This document shows, piece by piece, positions 28,166 through 39,535 of a DNA stretch of 64,000 bases. The notes below the pieces were generated by a model. The model worked only from the letters and a program-made list of their open reading frames with translations, ran no database searches and was not told the origin of the DNA. The stretch comes from Basidiobolus meristosporus CBS 931.73 (lineage: Eukaryota; Fungi; Basidiobolomycota), in the NCBI GenBank assembly GCA_002104905.1, contig MCFE01000177.1:1-64000 (forward strand). The letters run 5' to 3'. The position numbers and the translations under genes are program-made. How positions within the stretch are numbered: position 1 is the first letter of the stretch; every line of letters begins with the position of its first letter.

Positions 28166-29520
28166 AAACTAAATCAGGTCAGTAGATATACAGGAATGAA
28201 CAGATTTGTTAGTGGGGGTCAATATTACCCAATCACAACAGGAAAATCACAATTATTTTTCATGGGAATGGCTCATCACTTAATCTTATGTTTATAAGTG
28301 CCATGTCTCATATTTAAAACTCTCTGAAACTCACACAAATACTGACAGAAAAGTGGTTCAATTGCATCATGCTGTAGTATTTGAAGCTATTTGCCACATG
28401 GACAAGTCTACTTTGATCAAGCACTATAAAAGAAGAGAAAATAACCATGTGCTTAGTGTGACAAGCCTCTTAGCTATGAAGCATGCAGAAATTGTAAGAA
28501 GTATTACAATGATCTTGGCCAATGTTTTGCTGCACAAGATATATTAAAGTATTCATGAGTCACTGCAGTACCTGCAATATCTTGAAGAAAACTCAATATC
28601 TCTATTACAGTACCTGGCTGCAGTTGCTACCTTATGCACACTGAGTCTGGTGGGTATGTAATGCCTTCTAGAACACCACAGCCTTCTGAGTAAGTGCCAT
28701 ATAAAGATAGCATTGAAGAAGAAGGCCCATTATGGATTAAAAGCCTTTATCTCCTCACAGCAGTACCCTTTGTGAGACCAGCAAGATTCTAAGTTTTGAT
28801 AAGTTGGCAAACATGGGAAAAATGCCATGGATATTGTATCAAGGCTAGTTAACCTGGTAATCCATTTACTGAAAAGTGATGAGCTGTATTGGCTAGAGAA
28901 GAGTTGTGTTTCCATCAATAGCAATAATATGGCTATGAGAGTCAACTGCTTCTTCTTGCATAAATTGTTCCAGAATATAACATACCATACACATAGCACA
29001 TGCTTAAAAACATCATGCTGCTGGCAACATATGACCTGACAATAACCTGATACCAATAAGTGCTAATAGATGTATGGAACTTGTATTAGTAAGTATCACC
29101 ACTGCAAGGTGACCAGCTTGTCAGGAATTCACCTCAATAGGTGGAAAATATTGCTCAAACTATGGATGGTGGCCTTGGTGAATTAGGTGGATAGGGGGAC
29201 ATTGGCAACAATTCTGAAGACAAGCCTACTTAGCCTAAACTTATTGGTGGTTTGAACAAGTCCAAAAAATTGGGTAGTATTGATGGCCTTGGTGGCCTTG
29301 GTTAATTGGGAGGTCTTGAACCATACAATCTACAATTGATTAATGTTAATAACAATGTGCCAACTGATTAGGGTATTAAACATTTTGGTAGTGTTAGAAT
29401 TGAATACAAACAACCTGAACAACCCATTTCTATTCCTAAATGTGATACCAGGCATTTATCATTGCCAACACCTCAAACATTTGATTGTACACCTTAAGTC
29501 AGCAAACTTTCTAGAATTGC

Positions 29521-29967
29521 TGAATCTAGCTACAGAGGTTTGCAACATGTCACAAAAATGCATGGCACTGTCTTGGTCCACTGGTACAATCTGACACTAT
29601 ACTTAAATACCAGCCCTGAAGTAAACATATTCTAAGCACTTATTGTGCCAGAGAATACCAGTCAACCAAGATTGTGCCATGCATTTCTGTGACATGTTAT
29701 AAACTATGGTGCTACATTTGGAGTGCCATAGGTATTGAGTATAAGATGCATCCATTCAGCTTTTCTGTACTCCTACACATCATGCTCAGCAGTGATCCCA
29801 AAAAAAGTCAAAAAATGTGTTTCTCCAGCACAGCAGGTGAACCACAGGGTCTGCTTTACATGAAGATGTAGAAATATGTTTCACACTTTGTGACCCAGTA
29901 TTGGCCTAATTGGCCATTCCAGCACACTATAGCATTGTTTGGCACTCATGCCCAATGTGGCACTAAA
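29521..29967. mobile_element. Truncated, more diverged third copy of the foldback MITE
   Basis: CATGTCACAAAAATG.ATGGCACT.TCTTGGTCCACTGGTAC core, spacer and a nearly complete right arm ending ATGTGGCACTA; most of the left arm missing. Confidence 0.8.
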
Positions 29968-31029
29968 AAATTATATATGTTTATTAGCAAGCTAGGCCCT
30001 GCCAAATATATGTAGGTTGTGATAGGATTGCTTCAAAGCTATCAGATCTTGCCATATGGCTTTTTGATTATTATCAAGCTTGTAACTACATTGGAAAGCT
30101 AAGGGTAAAAGCACCATTGATTTACTAATATATTAAGCAGTCTGGGCAGCAACACAGCATCTTTATCCCACCACAGCATCATTAATAGGGTTGATAATTC
30201 CAAGCTACTGGTACAAACGCAGCCTTATTGTTGGATGCTAATGATTGGTCTGGATTAGAATCACTTGCAGGGCCAAATATTCTCATATGATACTCTAAAT
30301 GGCAGTCCAAACAGGAAGGAACTGTCAAGATCCCACCACCATCTTTCAAGAGGTTAAAGAGCTCCAAGCTACTAGCATCCTAATGGTCTCATTATAGCAT
30401 TTTGATAGCTGATATGGATGGATCCAGTTTCAGAATTGTAGTAGCTCACATAGCTGTGCTAAGGATGTTTTATGAAACAAAGGAAGCTCAACAATCCATT
30501 TGCCAGATGATGATGTGTTGTATTAAATAGAGCAGCAGTATGCTTCTATTAATACCATCAGTAGGGCACTGAGCGTATACTACTATCTAGTCCTAGAGTG
30601 CCAATAATCTAGATAGCTGTTGGTATTTGTTGCTGGCTGAATGCAACATGCTATCTAGCAGGATACTAATAGCATTGTTAGTTGCATTTGATATACACCA
30701 GTCATTAACAAGACAGCTGGCTTAACTCTGAGCAATTGACGGTATTACTCTCATATGTATAAGATCCAGAGGACATAGTCAATACAACAAACACATTATG
30801 GCTGCTTAGATACCAACCCTGAAAGAATCATCTCAACACAGAGAGCACATATCAATATGGCTGGCTATTGCAGCACAGTTGGCAAGCTAGCTGCTATTTG
30901 CCTGCATACAGAAATAATCCACAGCTGAAATACACAGCATAGAGTGAGTTTGTTACAGTAATAGCTTTGCATTAGGAGCAATCTGTTTATACTTCTATAT
31001 TGTAGCAGTAGCAATAAACTAGCTATATA

Positions 31030-32318
31030 AGGGGCATGTCAGTTAAATAGCACTATGAATCCCACACAAGCTTGAAAGTTTGGTCAAGTGAACTCATGAA
31101 GCAGTCTCCACTCTGAGTATATTAAAAGCATAGGGAGTCCTATGCTGACATTGCAGGACTGTTTATCTACAAGGGTATCACCAATCTCAATTCAAGAGTC
31201 AACCAGTTATATGCAAGGAGTTTGTGATGCAGTTTGGGCAGTTACACCATACATATAAGGCTGAATAAATATATCATTGCCACTACTGTTTTCATTCTTG
31301 GCTACATCATGCTTCATGAGTAGAGAATATGTGATCACACTCCCCACTGGAAGATTTCTGATGCAGTGGATGTGTGGGGAGATAGGAATAAGAGTAAAGT
31401 GGGAGCTACTATCATATTGAAATCTTGAAATGAGTTACAACTCATGTTTATCATCACTATATGTGTTGGCATGTAGAGAGTAGTCAGGAAGTGTTGGAAA
31501 ACAATGAGACTAATGAGCTCAGAGAGACACCTATGCCATTGGTATTAAAAGGCTAAGCAGCTCCAATTTATGGGTAGTGTGTATATAAAGGAAACAATAG
31601 GTTCAATGTTATAAGGATCTGATTTCTGTATAGGACTACTTTGCCAAAGTATGGCAGATATTTTCTGGCTGCAAGCTGAATTCTCCACCCTGAAATATGG
31701 TGTTCACACAAATAGGTTTATAAGTGTACTAATACAAGCAGCAAGAATCTTGCTCAGAGAAGAAGTATATTGGCCAATTACTGAGAGAAACATTGTGGAT
31801 ATGCAAGTGGTATATCTGGCCAAAGTGGTAGCAACCAAGCATATGTTTCCAAGATGTATTTGTTAGAAGCAACTCAAGGTATATTATAACATGCAAAAGG
31901 TGTAAGCTCAAGTGATCAGGAGTATCAGTTGCCGCAGGTGTGCACATGTGTTGAGGTCAATAAGTAGGTGGCTATAGTATTGTTGGATTAAAGCTTTATC
32001 CTAAGAAAAATGATTAGCAATAGGCTAGCAGAACACCACCATAATATCAGCTAAACTCTAACTTTCCCAAAAGTGACAACTCTCACTGTCTCAGGTACTA
32101 GCTTCACTGCAGAGAAGCAGACACCCTTTCCAGGAGGAGACTAGGCCTACTAGCATTCATTCTAAAGTGGGTAATCAGCTGCTCATTACCTCCACCAATT
32201 ATGGCAACTGATAATTTGAAGCAGAAACACCACCTGAATGCCAGTAAGATACCAATGAATTACAAGCAGAATACCAGCAAAAAATCCAATGAATTCCAAT
32301 TTTGAGATTTTTATAGGG
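31030..32318 (+). mobile_element. 3' half and terminus of a CACTA (CMC/EnSpm)-like element, degenerate
   Basis: YADIAGLFI, CKEFVMQFGQL..YKAE..HCHYCFHSWLH and AKVVATKHMFPRC match 49194-49880 and 48896-49123; ends TTTTTATAGGG. Confidence 0.75.
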
Positions 32319-35300
32319 TATATATGGAGTATATGTTGTAGTAATGTATAAAGCAAAAAAGAAGTGTGATTCAATAGTGAATGTATGAATGGCACAAGGG
32401 GGGATATAAAAGTGAAGTAACATTTGGTAAATTGATATGGTGGCATTATACAGGGCCAGCAGTAGGGTACCATACTCCCATCATAAAGCCAACAGTGGTC
32501 TGCCATAAGGCCACCTTAAGTAAACATTTAATGCTATTGAAGTCCTGAGCACAATAGTAGTGTATAAGCTGCTATATGTTCAAAGATTTCAGAGGAGCTC
32601 AGGGTGCTGTAAACTTGTTCTCACAACTGGATGAATCACCATTTCGTAGTTGCAATACTACTTGATGGATATAAATTGATGATGGCACACTTTGTTTCTA
32701 AGATATCGGCCCTGACTGAAATCTTAAACACTTTACTAACTATTCGAGCGCTACAAAGCTTAATTTAATATCGATGATTTAGCAATTGCTAACTCAGGCC
32801 ACCGTGAACTTGACTTTAGCAATCCAATTTTTCCATCGTCATACTTTACTGGGCGATTGAGGAAACTGAAGGGAAACAAAACTCTGGCGAATTATAGTAA
32901 CCGACCAAATGCAGAGTAGATCACATCCCTAGAAGGTTCTGCGTTCGCTCAAGACGGTCAATGTATTGTCCATCTATATATCTATATATTAGAGCTTGAT
33001 CGATTATTACGTGAGAGCGAGGCTATATTCATTAAGGGTCCACTAATTGAGATGCGAAATTGGAATGGTCTATCCCCTGCTGGAATACTACATACTGCTA
33101 CTTGAAGAAGCTAGAAACTATGGACATCGAGTAAGGGTTTAGATGACTTCATATCGCTTACTTATGATGAAATTATCCACGCTTCTGGACAGGCAACAAA
33201 AATATCCAGGCAAATGAATCGAATTACCAAGCACCAATGAAGCGCAGGTATGATTTGATTCAGGAGCCAAAAGGATACATGAGATAATGAAGGATAATGC
33301 AATTCGGCCTCTTGGGTGAAAAGCGGAGTGTTTACATTCTAGGCTAAAGTGGCAATGTGCCAGCAATTTATCTGGGAAACTCCTCATTTAACTATAGCCG
33401 ATGCCACATGAAATTGCTAATATCGGGCAATATACACCGTTGCCTGTAGGCAGCCCACCCTGGTGTCTATTCATCCAAATCTATTCCCAGTACATACGCA
33501 ACACAGCGTCGATGAGCTGTTCCAAGAATAGCTGGATTCCCATCGAAAGCACAATAGCAATGTTCAGCCAGCCCATTGGAAAGAATACGCTATTAGGCTA
33601 CAAGAAATAGTGAATCCAGGGTGCTAATTGGCTATGTTCCCAATTCATGCATATACATAGAGATACCACTTGATAGGGCGGGAAATCCCATCAATCGCGC
33701 TACAATTTGTAATTTAACAAAAGTCTATCTGGTGTGAATCGTTTCTAAATATAAGCTGAATCGATGGCGTAAACTGCGATGATCGTATAATTCTTACAAC
33801 ACCCAGAACCGCTGTCTGATTGGTCCATCTGAAACATGAGATACTTTAATTGTGAAGTCGCGTCGTTTGCAAATTCGAATGGTCCTAATGCGGATGCTTA
33901 TGGTGTATGAGGTCTTGGGGAACACGTGGTAGCCAGGTTGCATCGCATCAAGCTAGGCGTATAAGCCAACATAGTGGTCATCATCTACAGCACATTATAT
34001 TATTTTCAGTGCCTCCTGTGAAACCCAAAACGGTTTGTTTTCGCATACTTCCATGCAATAAGGAATTCCTGTCGAGGGCTCTGCCAGAGTTATTTCGGGG
34101 CACACTGAGCAGGCTCATCGGTGTGGAGCCAATCAATCCCCGGCGAGGTGCTTCATGTTGACTGGGTCTTGGGACGAGGCAGCGAATCAGAAGACAGTCC
34201 AAAATACCCTCAACGACAATTCTATGCGGGTCCGAAAATACACCAGAAGTGGAGCGAAGGCTCCTTCTTATCTCGTACAGCCTGGAAGCTCTCTCCTACG
34301 AATATGCACTTCGCCAGTCCGCTGCCAATGAGTTGCTCGTGGGTTGCATCCGAAATACTCCCGGCCATTTCACTGTCAATCTCATCATCTTCTGCCATCG
34401 TCACACTACCCTGACGGCTCTCTGAGTGCAGACGGCTTTCCGGCTAATTAATATGAGCAACCGCGAAGCCCCAGCTACCCCAGAGCTCCCTTGGGGATAG
34501 CTTCCTTTGAATCGTGTATCATGGGTGCCCATCGCTAGGCGTGAGTAAAGCTCGTACCACTAAAATGGTGCTTAAAGCAGAATAATCGTTTATCCGAAGG
34601 GGGCCGCATGATTGGAGGTGATTAGTGCTACACGCTATGCGATCACTGTGAGGTCAGTGACGAAAAGTGGAATTTCATATACCACCGAGTGAATTGATCT
34701 GTAAAGTAAAGGGCTATTATTAAACAAAGCCTGGTTAAGGATGCCGTCATCTTGGAAACAAAGGGTCAATCTCAGATACATAATGCCCGTCTCTATATGA
34801 ATCATGGTAATACGGATTCTCATGGCGACTATTTAGGAATAGTGCGTGGATTTCATTTATGAAAGGCGAGTCAGCCATATCGATTTTCCAGATTCCCTAG
34901 TTAGATTAAGCAGTGACGATCTGGTGTAATCATATTCGAGGGCAGGATGCCGATCCTTTCGGAGTCGAGTGCTATGATACCAGCCTAGCTCGACGGGCTT
35001 GGTTTACTGTATCCACAATGTACATTTCATAGGGCAAACAAGGCTAGAGTTAAGATTGCATTCAAAACATGGGCTACATGCAGGTAGGGGAAACAACGAA
35101 CATTTCTCCAACAAAGTTATTCGGTTGAGTGGAGCTGTGTTAGGTGTTTGTGTATAGTTTCGTTTCTGCTGGCCAGTTTCGCGCTCTGCATCTTGCTCCA
35201 GATTCAATAAAATGGCCGTAGCTGGCCCATTCCTCCTAGTGATACATTCTACTCTATTGTATTTGCCTAACTTGCTCTTCTACCAGTGGTTGCTCTTGCA

Positions 35301-35404
35301 CTCGCGTATCGTCAGATTGTAGATTTTCACTTAGTAGGCAAACCATCGAGACCTTTCCAGCCAGTCCCCTAATCTTTGTGGTAAACCCCTGTTTAAACCG
35401 ACAC

Positions 35405-36432
35405 ATGAGCCAAATACTTCGAGAAAGAAGTGGAAGTATGCCTGAATCCTTAGCAGACACCCTAGTTACTCATTACAGCTCAGCACATGAGTCAGTCGGT
35501 GATGTGATTTCACCAAAGTCCGAAAAGCCTGTCCAGGGTTTGACACAGGCATCATTTTGCTACACGAACAGCGCAAATGACAGATACCTTGCGAATCCGG
35601 AGTCCGACGCACCGGAGAAATGGTCGAGATCCAAGTGGTTGCTGCTTTTGGCGAACAGTCTGGTAAGCTTGAATTTGGGGAGGTCCCGAGCGAGAAGCCC
35701 ACTAAGCACTCTTTATAGTTACTGGTGATTTCACTGTGTATATTTTTCTTCATCCTGATCACGTACTCTAGAGGTAACCCTCCCAAATCCAGCACTTCTT
35801 CCGTCTGACAAGTACTCATCTCTTCGCTAACGTTTGAAAGGCTATCTTCGCGCGGAGGTTCTGATCACTGGCAACAGTGGCCTGATGGCGATCATGACTC
35901 TGATCAGCCTGGTGGGGCTGGCCAACTCAATCATCGGTTACTACGGGATCCTGAAGGACAACCGAAGGATACTGACGATTTGGGCTCTGGTGTTGTGGGT
36001 GATGCTTGTGCTGATCGCCGTGGTTGGCTATCTAGCCTACAAACGCCAACTATGGAATCTGAGAGCGAAGCTAGGGCACCAGTGGCGTGAGTTCGGCTAC
36101 CAGGAGCGACTGAACATCCAGACCAATGTGAGTAGTTTCATCTCCGCAGTGCGCTGCTTCCTCCTACTGACGCATTTCACCAGCTGCATTGTTGCGGTTT
36201 CAAGGGACCCTTCGATCACGCCGCTCTGTCCAACAAATGCTTCCTAAGAAGCTTGTTGCCCGGTTGCCTCGGGAAGTACTACAGGTTCAGTGCCCAGGCG
36301 CTGAAGCTCATCTATATCGTAGCCTTCACCCTGCTAATCCCCCAATTCATCATGATCTTTGTGTCGATTCTCTGCACCAACCATGTTAACAACAAGTTCA
36401 ACAAGAACCCGCCACCCACTCTAACTCACTGA
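35405..36432 (+). CDS. Fungal tetraspanin (Tsp2-like), 4 exons, ~282 aa
   Basis: Exons 35405-35662, 35719-35773, 35841-36127, 36184-36432 with GT-AG introns; four hydrophobic segments; IQTN|LHCCGF (CCG motif), C..RSLLPGC, CTNHV. Start ATG is the first in frame after a stop at 35240; an upstream exon cannot be excluded. Confidence 0.88.
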
Positions 36433-37708
36433 GGCCTTTCCCATGCGGATACCTACCTACGAGGACTGCCACCCAACGCTGTAGAAATGCCCATTGAAAT
36501 GGGTGCCTCCTCATACCTTGTTTCCTTTCCTTTCCAGGGCCACTTAATATCCACCACAATATCATGTCAATATCAATTTGTAGTGTCCCCTCTATATGCT
36601 ATATCCGAATAAGTTAAGTCTATAAAGATTTTGGAGTTTCTATTCCTGTGGGTGGATGGTACAAAAATAGGCCGTCGGCCAGCGAATTACAGAAGGATGC
36701 TGGCTTCCAGCGCCAGCAATTGCTAATAATACTGCAGACATGAGTGTGCGAGCAGCGGGCGGTTCAAGGGCATAAAAATAAGTCACACAACCATGGCCAA
36801 CTTGGGTTGTCGAGTCCATGTGACGGTGTAGCTATATATTGGGCAAGTAGTCTAGTCAGGCTCATAATTGGCAACACTTGGGCGTCAAGGCCCTCTAGCG
36901 TGCGTGTCTTGCGGTTGGCGAATGGGTGATTCGTGGAGGTACGACGTAACATGGGGAGTTGAGGTGGTTCAAGTGTCGTACAAACTCATCAATTAATTAT
37001 CGCACATTTGGCGTACGGTGGTCGGCATGTTGTCATTAACAAAGGAGGGGGTTGCCTGTTTAATCGGCCAAGATCACATCGAGAGATCCTGAAGCGGATT
37101 TCTCCCAACCGGAATCATCCAGTCGCTCCTATGTGATGAGATTGCGATGCCGGTGGCATCTCGGTGAGTGGAGCACTGGGTATGCCCTGTTGTTTGGCCG
37201 GGCTAGCGGGTGCTCCTGCTCACCGAAAATCATCAAACAATCAACTTGAGCGCAAAACACTGGCTGCTTGAGGTTGTTAGTCCTATCAGTAGCCAGCCAA
37301 TTTTGTGGATTGTTTTGTGGGCATGCATGAAAACACATCTAACGCTGATTGTCGCGGGACTCAATTGCCAGATATTTTCAATCTGACCCACAGCCAGTTA
37401 CAATCACGTAGCCCAATGAACCCCATCCCTCTGATATAATAAATAGATCCAACCCAGTCTCCAAGAGAATATTAAAATATTCTGCGCCAAATACCGTAGT
37501 GGGCCACATTGAATTAGTAAATCAAAAACCTCTCAGATCCAGCCGGAGTTCCAAATTTTGTGACGTGTGCGTGAAGGACCCTACTCATCGGAGCATCTAG
37601 AGCTGTATAAAAGAAAGAGAGCCCGCCCTCGGAAAGTGTGTCTGATCCTTGCTAATTCCTCAATCCATCGAAACTACTCATTGCGATCGGCTACCTTCCT
37701 GATTAATA

Positions 37709-39535
37709 ATGAAGCTACTGAATTTCGCTTCCGCAACCATTTTGCTCTCACTGTGCTCCTCCCAGCTGGTGAGGTCCCGCAGGGTTTTCCAACTTGATGA
37801 ACAAGAGAGCCCGAAAAACGGCACACCTCAGGATCCCCGTATCACTCCGCCAGGCCCATTGGCATCTCCGAACTATGTTGCTCCTGAGAAGCCAAAGTAC
37901 GACTATTCTGAGGTCTTGCATAAGTCCCAAATCTTCTATCATACCCAACGATCCGGAAAGCTCCCCTATCAGCGACTTGCTTGGCGTTCGGACTCGTGCT
38001 TTGAATGCAAGGGCAAGTATGGAGAAGACCTGAGTGGAGCCTGGTACGAGGCTGCCAACACAATGAAATGGTCGCAACCGCTGGGATACACCATCATGCA
38101 ACTGGCCTTCAACATTTTGGCCTTTGGAGATGCCATGGAGGCGGTCAACGAGAAGAACGAAGCCATGGAGAACCTCAAGTGGGGAACCGATTATTTGATC
38201 AACGCACACCCGGCACCCCTCGCATTTGTTGCCCAGCTTGGAACCTCTGCTGTTGGGAAGACTGATGTGGATTTTGGCTACTTTGGACCGCCCGAGTTTT
38301 ATGAGCAATATGTTCCCATGGGCATCATGCACACCGCGTTTTATGTTACGCCTGAAAATCCGTCCTCCGAGATCCTGGGCATAGCCTCGGCTGCCATGTC
38401 AGCCACGGCAATGGTATTCAAGGATTCTAACCCTGACTACGCGAAGACGTTGCTTGATCATGCTGCTCAGCTGTACCACTTCGGCACCGCCTACCCCGGC
38501 ACCTTCATGAAGTCCAACGACACCAATTGGACCACCGTGAAGGAGTGGTATCCATCCACCGAATGGAGAGATGAGCTCGCCCTGGCTGCGATTTTCCTCT
38601 ACCAGGCTACAAACAATCAGACCTATCTTGACGAAGGTATCAAGTGGTATAATGCTGCGACCAACGCTGGTACGGAATGGTCTTGGGATGACCAAGGCGC
38701 TGCTTGCCACATTCTTCTTTACCACATCACCAAACAGGATGTATACAAGACCAATGCTCAGAGATTCTTTGATGCTTGGCTCCCGGGAGAAAAGCAAACC
38801 GTCAAACAGACCCCTCGTGGGCTTTCCTTCTATGAGAAATGGGGCTCCCTATCCTACGCCGCCAACACTGCTTTTGCTATGATATACCATGCTAGAGATC
38901 TTGGGTACAACGACCCTTATTCGAAGAGGCTGCTGAACCATGCTACCCAGCAAATGAACTACATCTTGGGCGATTGCGGTAGATCATGGGTTGTTGGATT
39001 TGGCCAAGACTACCCTCAAAGGCCCTACCACAAGGGCAGCTACAACTCGTACATCGATTATCCTTTGAGAGGACAACCACAAGCGAAGGTTGGCGATGAC
39101 TTCCTGAACAGTATGACCAAGAACCGGTTCATCTTGTATGGGGCCTTGGTTGGCGGGCCTGATAACGACGACACGTTCTTTGACGATCGTACAAACTATG
39201 TGTACACCGAAGTCACCCAGGACTACAATGCTGCTTTCCAGGGATCGTTAGCAGGATTGATCGATTGGTATGGTCACTCCAACTTCCATGCCTTCAGCGA
39301 CTGCAACCTGGATCTTGGATGGAGTCACGCCAATGTCACTGGAAAACCCCCGCAGTATGCTGAAGATGATTGCTATCACACATGCAACACTAATTGTGCC
39401 AAGAAGGCTGGAACTGCAACAGCCGTCGGAGATAAGGCTGCTGGCAAGGCACCCTCCGCAGCCAACTCCCTTGCCCACGGAGGCTTGGTACTTGGCGCGG
39501 TTGTTGGTCTCTCCGTACTGAGCTCCATATATTGA
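37709..39535 (+). CDS. Glycoside hydrolase family 9 protein, signal peptide and probable GPI-anchor signal, intronless, 608 aa
   Basis: YSEVLHKSQIFYHTQRSGKLP, AWRSDS, DLSGAWYEAANTMKW, LKWGTDYLINAH, DELALAAIFLYQAT, QMNYILGDCGRSWVVGFG, LYGALVGGP, DDRTNYVYTEVTQDYNAAF; hydrophobic N- and C-termini. Confidence 0.93.
   Translation: MKLLNFASATILLSLCSSQLVRSRRVFQLDEQESPKNGTPQDPRITPPGPLASPNYVAPEKPKYDYSEVLHKSQIFYHTQRSGKLPYQRLAWRSDSCFECKGKYGEDLSGAWYEAANTMKWSQPLGYTIMQLAFNILAFGDAMEAVNEKNEAMENLKWGTDYLINAHPAPLAFVAQLGTSAVGKTDVDFGYFGPPEFYEQYVPMGIMHTAFYVTPENPSSEILGIASAAMSATAMVFKDSNPDYAKTLLDHAAQLYHFGTAYPGTFMKSNDTNWTTVKEWYPSTEWRDELALAAIFLYQATNNQTYLDEGIKWYNAATNAGTEWSWDDQGAACHILLYHITKQDVYKTNAQRFFDAWLPGEKQTVKQTPRGLSFYEKWGSLSYAANTAFAMIYHARDLGYNDPYSKRLLNHATQQMNYILGDCGRSWVVGFGQDYPQRPYHKGSYNSYIDYPLRGQPQAKVGDDFLNSMTKNRFILYGALVGGPDNDDTFFDDRTNYVYTEVTQDYNAAFQGSLAGLIDWYGHSNFHAFSDCNLDLGWSHANVTGKPPQYAEDDCYHTCNTNCAKKAGTATAVGDKAAGKAPSAANSLAHGGLVLGAVVGLSVLSSIY

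Noticed and set aside
28715-28745. KKAHYGLK resembling Copia RT LKKALYGLKQ
   Set aside because: No flanking RT motifs recognisable; too short to call.
19850-32640. Classical Neurospora-type RIP
   Set aside because: The visible loss is of CpG while CpA/TpG are abundant, which fits methyl-CpG decay better; a formal index was not computed.
37709-39535. Horizontal transfer of GH9 from bacteria because it lacks introns
   Set aside because: Absence of introns alone is not evidence; it has eukaryotic secretion and GPI-type signals, and a phylogeny is needed.
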